Both the position numbers and the translations under genes were made by a program. 55,186 bases of DNA from a virus (lineage: Duplodnaviria; Caudoviricetes). The notes beneath the pieces were generated by a model. The model was given only the letters and a program-made list of their open reading frames with translations. It did no database searches and was not told the origin of the DNA. How positions within the stretch are numbered: the stretch's first letter is position 1; each line of letters begins with the position of its first letter. Shown piece by piece: positions 32,495 to 43,170 of this stretch. The stretch is taken from positions 1 through 55,186 of IMG/VR virus record IMGVR_UViG_3300030104_000268. One strand, written 5' to 3'.

Positions 32495-35400
32495 TCTAGT
32501 CCTATAGATTTTTCAAATAATTTCTTTCTAAATGGTTCATCTTTTATAAAAGATAATATTAATTCTAACTGTGGGGTATCTAGTTCCCACAGATTATCTT
32601 CTGATGTACCAAAGGCTTCATAGTAATCTCTTAACTTTTCTTTTTCTACACCACTATTTGTTATATCAAAAACAACTCCTGCTTTTCTAGGTTCGTCCTT
32701 ATCACTGTATTTTAATACTTCTTTTACATCTTTTTTAGCTTCTCTAACAATAATATTTAAATTTCTTTCTTTGTCTTTTAAAGATAATTCATCCCACCTG
32801 TTAGCAACAGTAGCATCTGCGTAAAGTTCTAAGTATGGAAAAATATAATCATTAATTATGTTAACGGCTTCAGGTTCTGAATATATATTAGTTTTCCAAT
32901 TTGATCTTCCAACATCATTAAATAGTTTTTCTATTGTAGATGGTGCTTCAACTGCTCTAAATCCCACGACCCTACCTATTGGAGCAGAGGGAGAATCCTC
33001 TTGTGTAGCAAACTTTTTTTCTTCTTGAGAAACACCTGCAAGTTCCCCAAAGATTTGATCTACATATCTTAGTGAATCATTCCAAGCCTTGCTGCCTTGT
33101 TTTTTATCCGCATAAACATAATCCTCACCTTTGTAAAGGCCAACAGCTTGATTAACAGGGTCAGCAAATCTAGTAAAACCAGAACCATACATTGAAAAAG
33201 CACTACCCAACAGTTTACCAAATCCTTTTGCCGCTTCAGTACCATCAAGTTCTACCATGTTACCCACTAAGTCACTAAGTATACGTCCTTGATCTCCAAG
33301 ATTACGAATGAAACCTTCAATACCAACCTGTTGTGCAAATACAGCCTTTAAATCATTAGGTATCTCACCATCCCTAATCATGTGAGCACCTATTCTAGCA
33401 GCTATTTTAAAATGACTATATGGGAAGTCATACTGCCTACTGACTATTTGTCCGTCAGATTGTCTCTCTTCATGCCAAGCAAGATTTTTCTCTAAGTTGT
33501 CCATCTCCCTGTAGGTTATGGCCCCTAGCGCCATATACCCTGCTGCTGCTCTTGATATACCCTCAAATACATCCTGTTCTTTACCTATAGCTGCTCTGTA
33601 CAACATGGTTGTTCCAGTGTGTCTAGCAGTAAATGCAAGAGTATTATTAAAAAACTGTCCAAAAGGAGCAACTGCACCTACAATGGGTATTAATCTCATA
33701 GATTCTACTGCACCTGCAAAGATTGCTACTGGATCTCCTTTTCTAGCTCTTTTAGGATCAGTAAAAGATCTTGAGAAAGAATTATCTAATGCATCTGTAA
33801 CAGCCGTGGTTTCTATTTTTAAAAACTTTTTATATGAGTCAGACTTGGCATCAGATAAATATTCCCAAACATTGTCTTGAGCCATAAAATCATTCAAGGA
33901 CATATCATATTCTAGTCTAACTTGTTTATCCAAAGAGTACATAAATTCTTGTGTTTTAGATAAAAAGTCTTGTACTTTAACACCATATAAAGTCTGTAAA
34001 CTATTAGTTAGTGTTTCAAATTTAGTTTTAGAAAGTTTTTCGCCAGGATTTAATTCTAATTCTTTTAGCACATCATTAACTTCAACACCACCGTATATGT
34101 ACCTAAATAATTCTTTACGTGCTTCTGGCCTAAAAGTTAAATAGTCCATTGCTGATTCATATGTTGAATAAGGATCAACTATATTTTTAAATTTTTGAAA
34201 TTGTAATTTAACAAGTTGTTTAGATTTGTTTCTGTAAACATTAGCAGTAGTTTTACTACCAACCACATCAGATATAAAAGCACCACCACCATATAAAGTA
34301 GCTTGTATCATATCAGAAAATGATTGCATGGTTGATGCTTGCACCCAACCTTTTATGTTTAATGCTGTAGTTCCAGGGTGCATAACGAGGTATTTAATAA
34401 AATTCTTTTGAAAATTATCTGTAAATTCTTTTGTGTTTTTCCACACACCTTTTTTACTAGGATCAAGAATAATATCTACGGCCTGTTTACTAGTAAGTTC
34501 TGGTAAAGTCTTACCTTTTAAACCTGCCTTTGCCGATTCATCAAGACCTGCATTAAGTTGCCTAGATAATGATAAAGTTCTACCAGCACCCTTTGCCTCC
34601 TCAGACATTCTTTTTAAGAAATCTTCTACGGATAAATTTTTAAACTCAGAGTCTATAGCATTTTTAAATATATTATCATAAGATTCTTGTATAGAATCTT
34701 TTGTTGATTTATCTAATTTTTCATATATATCTCCAAGGTATAAATTAAATCTATCATCTTTTCCACGAGAAGTCCATTGCTTTACTCCAGCTTGATATAA
34801 AATATCTTTTAATCCACCTACTTCACTACCATCTCCTTGATAAAAATAACGTATTAAATTATAGTCATATGCTGCATCATAAATATCTTCATCCATTTCT
34901 TTGTTAGCTATTTTTAAATTAAGTCCCTCTGCAGTCCTTTCTGCCCACTGTTCAGCAAAAGATGAAAGTTTAGTAGCGCCATCTTGAACAACTTTTACAT
35001 CTACTGCCTCTACTATTTTTGCAGCATCAAAAACTCTGGCAGCTTCATCCATCTCTGCTTGTCTAGTGGTCAAAACAATCTGTTCTGATCTGTCTACTAG
35101 CTGAGAATATAAGGGAAGTTTAGATACCCCCCTTGTTTTATTCAAAGCAAAAGCTAGACCACCGCCAGTTAAACCACCAGCAGCACTAAGAAACATTGCC
35201 AAAGGATCATACTCTTTTAAAGTATCTGCCTTCATACGAGCCTTTTGGTTCATGGCTTCTAAACCGACACCAGCAGCAGCATCAAATCCAGCAGAATAAA
35301 TTATCTCTTTTCGTAATGCCTTATTTGCAGCAGTCTTATAACTAGAATCCTTTAATATTTTTTCTGTATAGGCTTTACGTGCCTGTCTTGCAATCTCTTC

Positions 35401-35946
35401 TTGTCCCTTTTTAGATGCAGCCTTTACACCAAGAGACTTACTAGCAGCCTCTGCAGCCCTTATTGCACCTGCCTTTGCAATCTGTGTTGCAGCCTTTGTA
35501 GCACCAGATGCAAACAATTTTCCAACACCAAGACTTAAAATGTTTACTGGATCTACAATTAAAGCACGAGCATAATCACCAACGGCATCTACTTTTTCAC
35601 CAAGAGTTCTATCTTTACTAAACGCACCATCTAAACTATCAAATACATTGTAAGCATCTCCTGCTATCTTACGTCTTTTTGCAAGAGATGGACCATCTCC
35701 TTTATTTAAATAAGATAATTCAGTGGCTGTAACAAGAGACTGACCAAAGTTAAACTTACGCATATTGTTTACAAAAGAATCTATTATTTCATCTTTCTCA
35801 TATTCGTCTTCAGTCATACTGAAACGGTCTTCCATGTACACTTGAATTTTTTTATAACTGTCTTGTTTCCCTAACTGATCTCTTAAGGAACCAGAAGTGG
35901 GAGCACCAAATAATTCATCATATTCTGCTTGAGATATTTTGCCCAT
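32491..35946 (-). CDS. Large internal virion (ejection) protein
   Basis: 1151 aa, largely helical, last of the internal-protein block. Confidence 0.65.
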   Translation of the reverse strand: MGKISQAEYDELFGAPTSGSLRDQLGKQDSYKKIQVYMEDRFSMTEDEYEKDEIIDSFVNNMRKFNFGQSLVTATELSYLNKGDGPSLAKRRKIAGDAYNVFDSLDGAFSKDRTLGEKVDAVGDYARALIVDPVNILSLGVGKLFASGATKAATQIAKAGAIRAAEAASKSLGVKAASKKGQEEIARQARKAYTEKILKDSSYKTAANKALRKEIIYSAGFDAAAGVGLEAMNQKARMKADTLKEYDPLAMFLSAAGGLTGGGLAFALNKTRGVSKLPLYSQLVDRSEQIVLTTRQAEMDEAARVFDAAKIVEAVDVKVVQDGATKLSSFAEQWAERTAEGLNLKIANKEMDEDIYDAAYDYNLIRYFYQGDGSEVGGLKDILYQAGVKQWTSRGKDDRFNLYLGDIYEKLDKSTKDSIQESYDNIFKNAIDSEFKNLSVEDFLKRMSEEAKGAGRTLSLSRQLNAGLDESAKAGLKGKTLPELTSKQAVDIILDPSKKGVWKNTKEFTDNFQKNFIKYLVMHPGTTALNIKGWVQASTMQSFSDMIQATLYGGGAFISDVVGSKTTANVYRNKSKQLVKLQFQKFKNIVDPYSTYESAMDYLTFRPEARKELFRYIYGGVEVNDVLKELELNPGEKLSKTKFETLTNSLQTLYGVKVQDFLSKTQEFMYSLDKQVRLEYDMSLNDFMAQDNVWEYLSDAKSDSYKKFLKIETTAVTDALDNSFSRSFTDPKRARKGDPVAIFAGAVESMRLIPIVGAVAPFGQFFNNTLAFTARHTGTTMLYRAAIGKEQDVFEGISRAAAGYMALGAITYREMDNLEKNLAWHEERQSDGQIVSRQYDFPYSHFKIAARIGAHMIRDGEIPNDLKAVFAQQVGIEGFIRNLGDQGRILSDLVGNMVELDGTEAAKGFGKLLGSAFSMYGSGFTRFADPVNQAVGLYKGEDYVYADKKQGSKAWNDSLRYVDQIFGELAGVSQEEKKFATQEDSPSAPIGRVVGFRAVEAPSTIEKLFNDVGRSNWKTNIYSEPEAVNIINDYIFPYLELYADATVANRWDELSLKDKERNLNIIVREAKKDVKEVLKYSDKDEPRKAGVVFDITNSGVEKEKLRDYYEAFGTSEDNLWELDTPQLELILSFIKDEPFRKKLFEKSIGLD

Positions 35947-35956
35947 TATTTTACCT

Positions 35957-37138
35957 TTATGGTTTTTCTTTTACTATACCATCTTTTTTAATGAATGTTT
36001 TTGTAGACCCATCAGGCATAATTACATCAAGAATAGTTTCACCCTTATTACGTCTGCGCCTAAAAAATTGTTCAGCCTTTTTTAATGGATCTTGTCCTTG
36101 TGTTATTTTAATATCTGGATATTCTACTACATTGTCATCATCAAGGGGTAAGGTTTCAGGGAGAGGTTCAGAAGACGTTGTAGTAAAATCATATTCTTCT
36201 TCACCAGAAACAAAAGGTAAAAGATTTTGATTTATAAATATAGGTTGATCTCTAAAAATTTCTGGGTACTGATCAAAGTATTGCTGTGCAGTATTAAAAC
36301 CAACACTTTGTTCAACTAACATCTTATTAAATCTTTCTTTTGAACTATCAATATCCTGTATTGCTTCTAATCTATCTACCTCTTTTTGTAAACGAGTTAC
36401 CTCTGCAGTATTTTGATCTACTTGTGCTTTTGCTGCCTTTGTTTTAAGTCTTGTTATACTATTTAGTAAAAGTGTATCATATTCATCAACAAGTTCTCTT
36501 TGAACTTGTAAAATATCTGATCCTTCTAGCTGTTGAAACTTACTTAAATCTGTTGTAACTGTGTCTCCCACCCTTCTCTTTAATATAGGAGCACTAATGC
36601 TTGCTTGTATGTCTGCACCTTTTCTGCCCATAATATCTGAAGAGTAAACATCATACATTATTTCTTCTGTATCAGTTGCCCCAAATATTTTTTGCAACAT
36701 ATTCTTTTGTACTTGCTCTGGTTTTCTTAATTCACCAGCCTCTACAAATTCTACTGTAGCAGATTTAATTAATTCAGATGGGGTCATGCCAGATTCTTCA
36801 TAGTCTGCAGAAAGATCAACGGAACTATCTAACATATCTCCAGTCACAGGCCCAGTTTCTTCTGCAGTCATTGCAGTACGAGTTAATCTTAACAGTTCTC
36901 TAGGATCATTTTCAAGTAAAGCATTTATTTTATTTTTATTCATACCCTTTGAATCTAAATAATCAACTGCTGTTGTTAAAGTATTTCGTTCTTTTTTTAC
37001 TTCTTGTTGTCTGTCAAGTCCAGCCTTCCACAGGTATTCCTGCATAGCATCAGACTTCTGCCTGACGTACTCCCTGTTCTCTTTCATGTTCTCTGCTAGA
37101 CCACCCAGAAAACCTCCTGCTAAAACTGCACCTAACAT
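35957..37138 (-). CDS. Internal virion protein
   Basis: Gly-rich hydrophobic N-terminus followed by coiled coil. Confidence 0.55.
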   Translation of the reverse strand: MLGAVLAGGFLGGLAENMKENREYVRQKSDAMQEYLWKAGLDRQQEVKKERNTLTTAVDYLDSKGMNKNKINALLENDPRELLRLTRTAMTAEETGPVTGDMLDSSVDLSADYEESGMTPSELIKSATVEFVEAGELRKPEQVQKNMLQKIFGATDTEEIMYDVYSSDIMGRKGADIQASISAPILKRRVGDTVTTDLSKFQQLEGSDILQVQRELVDEYDTLLLNSITRLKTKAAKAQVDQNTAEVTRLQKEVDRLEAIQDIDSSKERFNKMLVEQSVGFNTAQQYFDQYPEIFRDQPIFINQNLLPFVSGEEEYDFTTTSSEPLPETLPLDDDNVVEYPDIKITQGQDPLKKAEQFFRRRRNKGETILDVIMPDGSTKTFIKKDGIVKEKP

Positions 37139-37139
37139 C

Positions 37140-37676
37140 TTATACCCTCGCCATTAAACCTTGCTTTGGTGGAGCCATTTCTTCAGTTTGCTCCCCTGTT
37201 TGCTCCTGTGGTTCTGCCTCTTGTTGAGTAGCCTCACCTGCTTCTTTTAGTAAGTCATAACCTGCGTCCTGTTCCTCCTTTGGAGTAGCTCTGGCTGCAC
37301 TAACAAGTATTGCTGCCCTCTGCATTGGACTTGTATCATCATCAGGTTCAAACTCTTCTTTGTAATCTACACCAGCAGTATCAGCAGCCTTGCTAATAAA
37401 CTTTCTTACAATAGGTGCAGCAATCATACTAACATCAATACTGTGTATGCCCTGTGATACTGCCCCTGTCATCAAAGAGTCAGTCAAGTTTTTTACTGGC
37501 ACACCAAACTCTAATGCAAAAAATATGTTATCTATTACATCCTCTTGAGATACCCTATCAATGTGATAACGTATAGCCTCATCAGGATCAACAATCTCAG
37601 GTGGCCTCTCCCAAGGAAAGTTTCTAGGTTCATCCGTTAAAGACTGACCAGGAATTGCTGCTTGTAGTGCTTTCAT
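37140..37676 (-). CDS. Virion protein
   Basis: IPGQSLT..P...PWE.PP motif; C-terminal GLMARV. Confidence 0.55.
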   Translation of the reverse strand: MKALQAAIPGQSLTDEPRNFPWERPPEIVDPDEAIRYHIDRVSQEDVIDNIFFALEFGVPVKNLTDSLMTGAVSQGIHSIDVSMIAAPIVRKFISKAADTAGVDYKEEFEPDDDTSPMQRAAILVSAARATPKEEQDAGYDLLKEAGEATQQEAEPQEQTGEQTEEMAPPKQGLMARV

Positions 37677-38404
37677 TATGTCTCATCCTTATTAAAACCG
37701 TAGTTAAATAAATCGTATTCTTTCTGCCGCCTTTTAACTAAACCAGGTAGTTTCTTTTTATCAGCATACACATACTCAAGAAGCATGTCACCCATTTCCT
37801 CCACACCCCTAGTTCCGTTTTGTGATAACTGATTTAAATTTCCTTGTCCTACATTGTATGTAAAACTAATCAGTGCATTTTTTTGACCTTCAGTAAATGG
37901 TTCATCATAACCCTCTTCTAGTTTATTAACAGCTTTTCTAGCAACTTGTAGTTCTTCATTAAGACGATTAAGGGCTTCTTCTTTTGTTATAACTTCTGTT
38001 TTACTTTTAGCTTTAGTTCCATAACCAACAGTGTACTGTTTAACATCCCAGTAAGCCTTCTCTTTAAAACCTTCTAAACCTATAACAAAATCTACAAGAT
38101 TATTACTGGGTATTTTATTACTAGTGCCTGTAGGACTGGATAACTCTTTTTTCTTTTGGGTTAACTGTGGATTTTCATTATTAAAACCATCATCTATTGA
38201 AGTTTCCCAGTTGTTCTCCCACTCAGCTAACTGCCTTCTTTGAGTGTTTCTTGTGGACCTACGACTTTCTTGAGCAGATCTTTTTACTTTACTCATCTGA
38301 CTTTCCATCATAGACCCTACGTCTAATGGTTTTGGTTTTGTACCCAAACCCCCAGTTTTTCTACCTGGCTCTGCAATATCCAATGCATCACTTAATCTTG
38401 CCAT
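37676..38404 (-). CDS. Virion-associated GH24 lysozyme
   Basis: EGF...YWD...TVGYG, ALISFTYNVG, GLVKRR..E. Confidence 0.85.
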   Translation of the reverse strand: MARLSDALDIAEPGRKTGGLGTKPKPLDVGSMMESQMSKVKRSAQESRRSTRNTQRRQLAEWENNWETSIDDGFNNENPQLTQKKKELSSPTGTSNKIPSNNLVDFVIGLEGFKEKAYWDVKQYTVGYGTKAKSKTEVITKEEALNRLNEELQVARKAVNKLEEGYDEPFTEGQKNALISFTYNVGQGNLNQLSQNGTRGVEEMGDMLLEYVYADKKKLPGLVKRRQKEYDLFNYGFNKDET

Positions 38405-38415
38405 AGTTTACCTCT

Positions 38416-41400
38416 TTACAAGTCTATAATTTTTAAGAACACTTCAGACAAAAAGTTACCAGTGCTTTGTGTTGCCTCTATTTTGGCCTGAAGTTCTGCT
38501 GCTGTTAGTGTTGCCTCTGCAGCCATTTGCTGTAATATAATTGATGTTGCATTATCCGCATTACTCTCAGCAGTTTGAAAGGCTAACGACATAATGTCTC
38601 TTTCTCTTTGCCATACAGCATCTATATTTTTAGATGTCATTGCGTTCATTGTCTTAGCAAAATCTCTGTTACTTTCATTCTGTGTAGCAGTATTAATAGT
38701 AGAAAGGTTTTGTCTCCACTGTGCATTAGCCTGTGCTACTACCAAACCATTGTTAGCATTAAACTGATCCCTCTGATTTTGTAGATTAGAATTAAACTGA
38801 CGAACAGAGTTTACTGCATTAACATTAGCTTGATTAACAGCGTTTGTTTGTGTTGCATTAAACTGTGAAGTCTGTGATGCCAGTGATGCAAAGAACTGAT
38901 TAGTTTGATTCTCACTGGTAGCATTAAACTGTGATGCAGCATTAGTAGCAGCCTGATCAGTAAAGAGTGCTTGTACATTTTGTTGTGCTTTAAATAGTGC
39001 AGTTTGCTGCTCATTACCTAAGTTAGCCATGTCCATCTGCAGGAACGCTTGTGCATTTTGCACTGCAGCCTGTTGCCTGTTATTTAAATTAGCCATATCA
39101 AGGTTAGCTATTGCTGCAACTTCTGCCATTACCATAGCCTGTTTATTTGTTAGGTTAGCCATGTTCATAGTATTTACTGCACGAGAGTTTTCCATTGCTA
39201 TATTTTGCTCTGCAGTAAAGTTCATATTAGCAACATCACCAATACGTGCAGAGTTTTGTACTCTGGATTGAAACTCTTGGTCAAACTCTTGTCCCATAAA
39301 CTGAGCACGTTGTTGTGCAGCAAGCATAGCACGTTGTTGACGATTTGACAAGTTTTGTGATTCAAATTGTGCAACAGTTTGTGCGTCAGCCTGTGCAATA
39401 GGTAGTGCAGACTCCATTGCTGCTTGCACCATAGCTTGACCAGCCATACTACTTGCACCTAATCCCCTTGCAGCCATTGCAGCACTTACTGCCCTCATTG
39501 CACCAGAAGCCCAAGGGGGAGTATTGCCCCCCTCAAAGTCCTGCATCAGCCCTTCTAGCTGACCCTGTACGGTAGCCATCTTAGTTGGAGTAGCCTCTGC
39601 AGCCTGTACTTGTTCCGTAAACTTAGCGGCCTTCTCTGCATCAGCAGCACCACTAATAAGTTCACCCTCTTGTATCTCACGTTGTACAGGGTTTTCCATA
39701 ATATTAGCAGCACCTTGGGCAGACTGCATACCAGACACAGAGGATTCAGTCTGTTGTGCTGCACCTACTTGTGCTTCATCACTAACTTTACCTGTAGCTG
39801 CTGTTGTTCCCTCTACTGCCTTTCCCACTGCTTTAGCAGCAGATGTTGCACCATAAGTAGCTGTATCTGCTACACCAGGAGTTGTTGCTGTTTCTACTGT
39901 TCCTACAGTTGCTGCATCTGCATATGGAGCTGTGCCACTAACCTGACCAGCACCAGAACCTATGTCTTGATCTGCAGTGGGTGATATATAAGATACTGGT
40001 GCTTGTATAGGTTGCATGGTTTGTTTTACCACATCCTGAAACATTGGCACTATTTCTTCTTGATATTTTATACCACTTGGATCATCAGTGGTTTCTCCTC
40101 CCTCTTGATAACCAGTAACCATACCACCTCTATTCATACTACCTTTTCTAGGAAAAGGTCCAGCCTTTAGTTTTTTTATATCAAAAGGAACAGAGTAATC
40201 AAAAGAACCCGTAGTTTCATTACCCATTGGATCATACTTTAATCCAACTTCAAAATTATTACCATATATTGGATCTTTACCTTTTATAAAAAATTTACCT
40301 TGATAAAGACCAAACTTTGTATTCTTAGATTCTTCAACTATTTTATTAGGTACAATAATTTTACTTCCTACCTGATCATAAGATAAATTTTGACTATCTA
40401 ACTCTGTCTTAAAAGCATCTACCCAAGGATTATTCACATCAAAGATAGACTTTTGACTATCCCCTTCACCAAGAACAGAGCCTTTGTCATCAGTGTAAGT
40501 ATACTCTATACCTTTTTCTTTCATACGGTTAGAAGTACGTTGCCTTTCTGTTCTGTTACTAGGTGTGTCAGAGTATTGTAAGGGTTTAGTTTGAGTAGTT
40601 GGAGTAGACTTTGCAAATGCCTGTTGCGTTTGTTGTGATTGAGATGACCTATCATCTCTATTTCTTGGTGTAGCTACAGGAGTACCCATGGAGAGTTGAG
40701 TAGTAGCCTGTGGTGGAGGGGTAGAAACACTAGGTTGTTGTGTTCTACCTCTCTCTACACCTGCTGCAGGTTGTGATCTAGGGGCAGGACTAGCTGCAGG
40801 TGCTCCCCTACCTGTTTCAGCAGGTCCACCAGTATAACCACCATAGGCCATACCAGTCATGGCCTTTTCATACTGACCCATACGAGAAGCAGCACCAGAG
40901 TTTGACTGGTAGAAGTTATCCAAGGCAGTTCTAGACTTCTCGCCAGTATACCCAAGAAACTTCTTAGCTAAATCATTCTCTGCATCTAGTGATATAAACC
41001 CACCTGCAGACATGGATCTAACATAACCTGGTGGTACATAGGTAATAGGTTGACCATTTTTAAGAGTAACAGGCATCTGTTGTCCTCTTTCATTACGGTA
41101 TGTTACAGTCTGAACACCACTATCTCCAACACCTAACTCAGGTGGTTGAAAAGTAGAACCTGGTTGATACCCACCACCAAATGTAGGCACAGAACCTAGA
41201 CCAACTGTGGATACGGGTTTAGCAACTGTAGCACTAACTGGTGTATAGTCTGTAACTGGTGGAGGTGCAGCAGCAGTAGCAAGTCCCGTATCAGTTGTAG
41301 TAGGTGCAGTTGTGGTAACTGGTGCTGTTTCTACTGGTGTGGTAGTAGTTGGTGTTGGATCATAACCAGTTGTAACTGGTTGACTAAATGCCTCTTCTGT

Positions 41401-42471
41401 TTGAGTCTGAGTTGCTTCTGGTACTGTAACCTCTGGAGCAGGTGTAGTGTCAGCATAGGTAACTACTTCTTCTTGTGTAGGTTGTTGACTATCTATATAA
41501 TCTTGCACTGCTTGCCTATCAGGAGATCTAAAAACAGCACTCTTTGGAACTGCCATAGGAGAAGATGCTCTTTGTATTTGATTACCACCACGCATTACGT
41601 AAAAAGTTTCTACTTGTGGAACTAAAAATGTAGGATCATCAGGTTTACCTGCATCTGGTTGCTGTTCTTGTTCACCACCAAGGTTTAACTGTGTATCCCT
41701 GTAGTCAAATACAGCCTGTTGATCAAAGCCAGAGTTTACTGCACTCTCATTTAAGAAAGAACTAGAGAAACCAGTCTGTTCATAAGAGGAGTCTAGTGTA
41801 GGATTGTCAACTGTAAATGTTCTACCATCATCCAGTAGGAATGTTTTTGGGTCAGACCTGTAACCTGCCTCTTCCATTTGAGCAGACTTAGCATTTACTA
41901 AATTATATGCATCTTCAAGTCTTTGTCCACCTAAAGCACTAGCACCCATAGCCAAGTTTATATTTGATATATCATTAAGTTTTATTTGACCATCATTATC
42001 CAAGTCATACAGTGCTAAATCTTCAGCAGACATATTTGCTGTTTTTCCACTATCAAGTTGATTTGGTATTAAGTTACCATCCGTATCTCGTTGACCATAC
42101 TTTTCAAAAAAATCATTGCCCCAATTAGCTAGGTTAAAACTAGCATCACCACCAAGATTAGTATCAGTTCTGTCAGGCAAGGGTATACTTGGACCATCAT
42201 CTACTGGTGGTTCTTCTGCTGGTGGTGGTGCTTCTTCAGCAGGTGGTCCATAAGCTGCACCAGGTTCAAATAATCCTAATTCCCTAGCTTTATTTTGGGC
42301 AGTAGCCATTTGATTTTTCATATCTCTCTGAGTTTCTTTGTCAAAGTTGTACTTTTCAAACACAGTACCATCAATCAAAGACTTCTCAAATGCAAGTTGA
42401 TTTCTAAAATCTGTTAAATCTTTCTTGTCAATATTAAAAGATTTACCGTATGCGTCAGTTACTTGTGGCAT
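38416..42471 (-). CDS. Large internal virion/ejection protein with P/T-rich N-half, four xxGG motifs and a Q/N/A-rich coiled-coil C-half
   Basis: 1351 aa; AQF/NQF heptad-like region; EF-hand-like DLDNDGQI. Confidence 0.65.
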   Translation of the reverse strand: MPQVTDAYGKSFNIDKKDLTDFRNQLAFEKSLIDGTVFEKYNFDKETQRDMKNQMATAQNKARELGLFEPGAAYGPPAEEAPPPAEEPPVDDGPSIPLPDRTDTNLGGDASFNLANWGNDFFEKYGQRDTDGNLIPNQLDSGKTANMSAEDLALYDLDNDGQIKLNDISNINLAMGASALGGQRLEDAYNLVNAKSAQMEEAGYRSDPKTFLLDDGRTFTVDNPTLDSSYEQTGFSSSFLNESAVNSGFDQQAVFDYRDTQLNLGGEQEQQPDAGKPDDPTFLVPQVETFYVMRGGNQIQRASSPMAVPKSAVFRSPDRQAVQDYIDSQQPTQEEVVTYADTTPAPEVTVPEATQTQTEEAFSQPVTTGYDPTPTTTTPVETAPVTTTAPTTTDTGLATAAAPPPVTDYTPVSATVAKPVSTVGLGSVPTFGGGYQPGSTFQPPELGVGDSGVQTVTYRNERGQQMPVTLKNGQPITYVPPGYVRSMSAGGFISLDAENDLAKKFLGYTGEKSRTALDNFYQSNSGAASRMGQYEKAMTGMAYGGYTGGPAETGRGAPAASPAPRSQPAAGVERGRTQQPSVSTPPPQATTQLSMGTPVATPRNRDDRSSQSQQTQQAFAKSTPTTQTKPLQYSDTPSNRTERQRTSNRMKEKGIEYTYTDDKGSVLGEGDSQKSIFDVNNPWVDAFKTELDSQNLSYDQVGSKIIVPNKIVEESKNTKFGLYQGKFFIKGKDPIYGNNFEVGLKYDPMGNETTGSFDYSVPFDIKKLKAGPFPRKGSMNRGGMVTGYQEGGETTDDPSGIKYQEEIVPMFQDVVKQTMQPIQAPVSYISPTADQDIGSGAGQVSGTAPYADAATVGTVETATTPGVADTATYGATSAAKAVGKAVEGTTAATGKVSDEAQVGAAQQTESSVSGMQSAQGAANIMENPVQREIQEGELISGAADAEKAAKFTEQVQAAEATPTKMATVQGQLEGLMQDFEGGNTPPWASGAMRAVSAAMAARGLGASSMAGQAMVQAAMESALPIAQADAQTVAQFESQNLSNRQQRAMLAAQQRAQFMGQEFDQEFQSRVQNSARIGDVANMNFTAEQNIAMENSRAVNTMNMANLTNKQAMVMAEVAAIANLDMANLNNRQQAAVQNAQAFLQMDMANLGNEQQTALFKAQQNVQALFTDQAATNAASQFNATSENQTNQFFASLASQTSQFNATQTNAVNQANVNAVNSVRQFNSNLQNQRDQFNANNGLVVAQANAQWRQNLSTINTATQNESNRDFAKTMNAMTSKNIDAVWQRERDIMSLAFQTAESNADNATSIILQQMAAEATLTAAELQAKIEATQSTGNFLSEVFLKIIDL

Positions 42472-42932
42472 TATCTAGTTCCTATCCATACAAAACCAAA
42501 GAGAGCACCCAAAAGAACAAGGAAGAGTGCAATACCTGCAGTCCATTCAATAATCGTTTGTTTGATTTCCATTTGTCTGTGTTCATGTTCTCTCTTCTGC
42601 TTTCTTAAATCTGCTTCTATTTCTAGTATCTCTTGCCACTTAGAGGGACCATACATTACTGAAATATAATCTTTCAGTTCTTTACGCATGGACTCAGCTT
42701 TTTGTTTAGCTGCAAATATCTCCATTGCCTGAGATTCAATACCACCACCTAGTGCTTTGTACCATGGTGGCTTTTGATTTTGTCTGTCTGCAAAGTCTAG
42801 ATCGGCTACTGCACCAGCCCACTTAGCCATAGTGCCACCCATGTCTTGCAGGTCTTTGCCAACCTGTATGCCTTTCTTTAATGCATTAAAGGCAGCAGTA
42901 GCACCTGCAATAGCCGTTATGGGATCTATCAT
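42471..42932 (-). CDS. Membrane-anchored coiled-coil protein
   Basis: MIDPITAIA N-terminus and C-terminal TM. Confidence 0.6.
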   Translation of the reverse strand: MIDPITAIAGATAAFNALKKGIQVGKDLQDMGGTMAKWAGAVADLDFADRQNQKPPWYKALGGGIESQAMEIFAAKQKAESMRKELKDYISVMYGPSKWQEILEIEADLRKQKREHEHRQMEIKQTIIEWTAGIALFLVLLGALFGFVWIGTR

Positions 42933-43165
42933 CTTCTCTCTATGATTCTATCTAGCTTTGCGTCTAGAGCCTCCAACCTGTCTATTATTCTATTCATATC
43001 ACTGTTAGCTTCTGCTCTAGTCATATAATCACGAGCCATTTCTTCTCGTGTCTTGTTTAGTAAAACCTGCATACGTTGTGTTTCTGTGTGTTGGCTACGG
43101 ATAATCCAACCTACTATACCAAGTAGGCCAGTTAGTCCTGCACTCCATAGCAACTCCATTTCCAT
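42929..43165 (-). CDS. Small TM plus coiled-coil protein
   Basis: 78 aa; RLE..D.KLD C-terminus. Confidence 0.6.
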   Translation of the reverse strand: MEMELLWSAGLTGLLGIVGWIIRSQHTETQRMQVLLNKTREEMARDYMTRAEANSDMNRIIDRLEALDAKLDRIIERR

Positions 43166-43170
43166 GAGGG

